This document shows, one piece after another, positions 63,052-64,000 of a DNA stretch of 64,000 bases (within the stretch, counting starts at the first letter, position 1; each line of letters starts with the position of its first letter). Both the position numbers and the translations under genes were made by a program. The notes under the pieces were generated by a model. That model was given only the letters and a program-made list of their open reading frames with translations. It was not told where the DNA came from and did no database searches. Origin of the DNA: a candidate division FCPU426 bacterium (GTDB lineage: Bacteria; Oederibacteriota; Muellerivitia; Muellerivitales; Muellerivitaceae); NCBI GenBank assembly GCA_963771075.1, contig CAVYSE010000009.1, positions 64,001 to 128,000 on the forward strand. The letters run 5' to 3'.

Positions 63052-63999
63052 TTAACCGGCTAAGTTTCCAAGTTCAAACATGGGCATAAACATTGCAACA
63101 ACAATGAATCCTAAGGTAACGCCCAAAAAAAGAATCAATATAGGCTCGATAATAGTTGTCATACCCTCAACCGCTGTATCGACTTCATCTTCATAAAAAT
63201 CAGCTATTTTTGAAAGCATCGCGTCTAAAGCTCCGGTTTCTTCTCCAACATTAATCATTTGGGTTACCATCGCCGGGAAAACGCTACTTTCCCTGAGTGG
63301 TTGGGTAAGAGTTTTACCTTCCCTCACCGACTCTCGTGCTTTGGTAACCGCTCGTTCCACAACCAAATTACCAGAGGTTTTTGCCACCGTTTCTAAGGCA
63401 TCCATGATGGGAACCCCTGATTTTATGAGTGTTCCAAGAGTTCGGGCAAATTTCGCCACCGCGCTTTTTCGGACAAGAACCCCAAAAACAGGTAATTTGA
63501 GCATCATTAAATCCCAGTTATAGGCTCCAGTCTTCGTTTTTCGCCAAAGAGCGATAACCCAATAAAGAATGAATAAAAAAACTCCTAAAAAAATAGCCTT
63601 GTAACTGGAGAAAAAATGGCTCATGGCAATCACCACGAGCGTAGGTCCGGGAAGTTTTGCGCCAAACCCCGCAAAAACATCGGCAAAGGTCGGAATGACC
63701 TTTACCATCAAAAAAATAACGACCATGATCGCGATTGAAAATACTACGATTGGGTACATCATAGCCGACCGCACTTTACGGCTTACCCCCTCCGCTTTTT
63801 CCATATACTCAGACAAACGTTCAAATATAACATCCAAAATTCCGCCCTGTTCCCCCGCCTTCACCATGTTCACATAAAGGGTTGAAAAAGCCTTTGGATG
63901 TTTAGACATCGCTTCGGATAAAGGAATCCCGTTGGAAATATCATCTCGGATTCTCGACATAACCCTTCTAAAATCAGGGTTTTCGGCCTGTTCCGCGAC
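63052..63999 (-). CDS. pilC: Type IV pilus inner-membrane platform protein PilC (5' part outside window)
   Basis: HPKAF..LYVNMVKAGE.GG.LD, SAMMYP, FARTLGTL..SGVP, VGEETG.LD.ML and AMFMPMF; frame stays open to the window end. Confidence 0.95.
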   Translation of the reverse strand, partial: VAEQAENPDFRRVMSRIRDDISNGIPLSEAMSKHPKAFSTLYVNMVKAGEQGGILDVIFERLSEYMEKAEGVSRKVRSAMMYPIVVFSIAIMVVIFLMVKVIPTFADVFAGFGAKLPGPTLVVIAMSHFFSSYKAIFLGVFLFILYWVIALWRKTKTGAYNWDLMMLKLPVFGVLVRKSAVAKFARTLGTLIKSGVPIMDALETVAKTSGNLVVERAVTKARESVREGKTLTQPLRESSVFPAMVTQMINVGEETGALDAMLSKIADFYEDEVDTAVEGMTTIIEPILILFLGVTLGFIVVAMFMPMFELGNLAG

Positions 64000-64000
64000 A

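Overview
This is a core-genome window from a diderm bacterium (PilQ secretin, a probable outer-membrane beta-barrel) that also has c-di-AMP synthesis (cdaA/cdaR). All but two protein genes lie on the minus strand. In coordinate order it contains prfA (partial), rpmE, a LysM/M23 peptidase, rho, two coupled membrane GAF-GGDEF diguanylate cyclases, coaE, folD, an HTH-REC regulator, yajC, a putative porin, glmS, rsmA, pdxA, PIN-PhoH, an M50-like protein, rsmI, PAP2, dusB, tsaD, a YfhO-like glycosyltransferase, the ftsE-ftsX-envC-ctpA-yibQ cluster, a CDF transporter, mltG, ruvX, alaS, recX, pdxJ, cdaR, cdaA, folP, folE, ftsH, tilS, tRNA-Met, a cNMP-binding protein, metF, a second YfhO paralog, a folB-folK fusion, a pteridine-reductase-like SDR, SUI1, tRNA-fMet, tRNA-Leu, ftsB, a roadblock/TPR-roadblock pair, aroB, aroK, aroC, pilQPONM, pilA and pilC (partial). 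alaS, ftsH, envC and ctpA carry single-base frameshifts that look like sequencing errors. The most unusual signal is a ~330-nt structured 5' leader of the putative porin gene, with three hairpins sharing a UCCCUGAGGAG apical motif, a tandem two-hairpin unit and a mutually exclusive pairing. Other notable signals are a family of degenerate 9-mer and 7-mer periodic inverted-repeat elements in intergenic spacers, an asymmetric (I-site +/-) DGC pair, an FtsE with degenerate ABC motifs and a pilus-linked roadblock module. All calls come from reading the sequence by eye; no searches were run.
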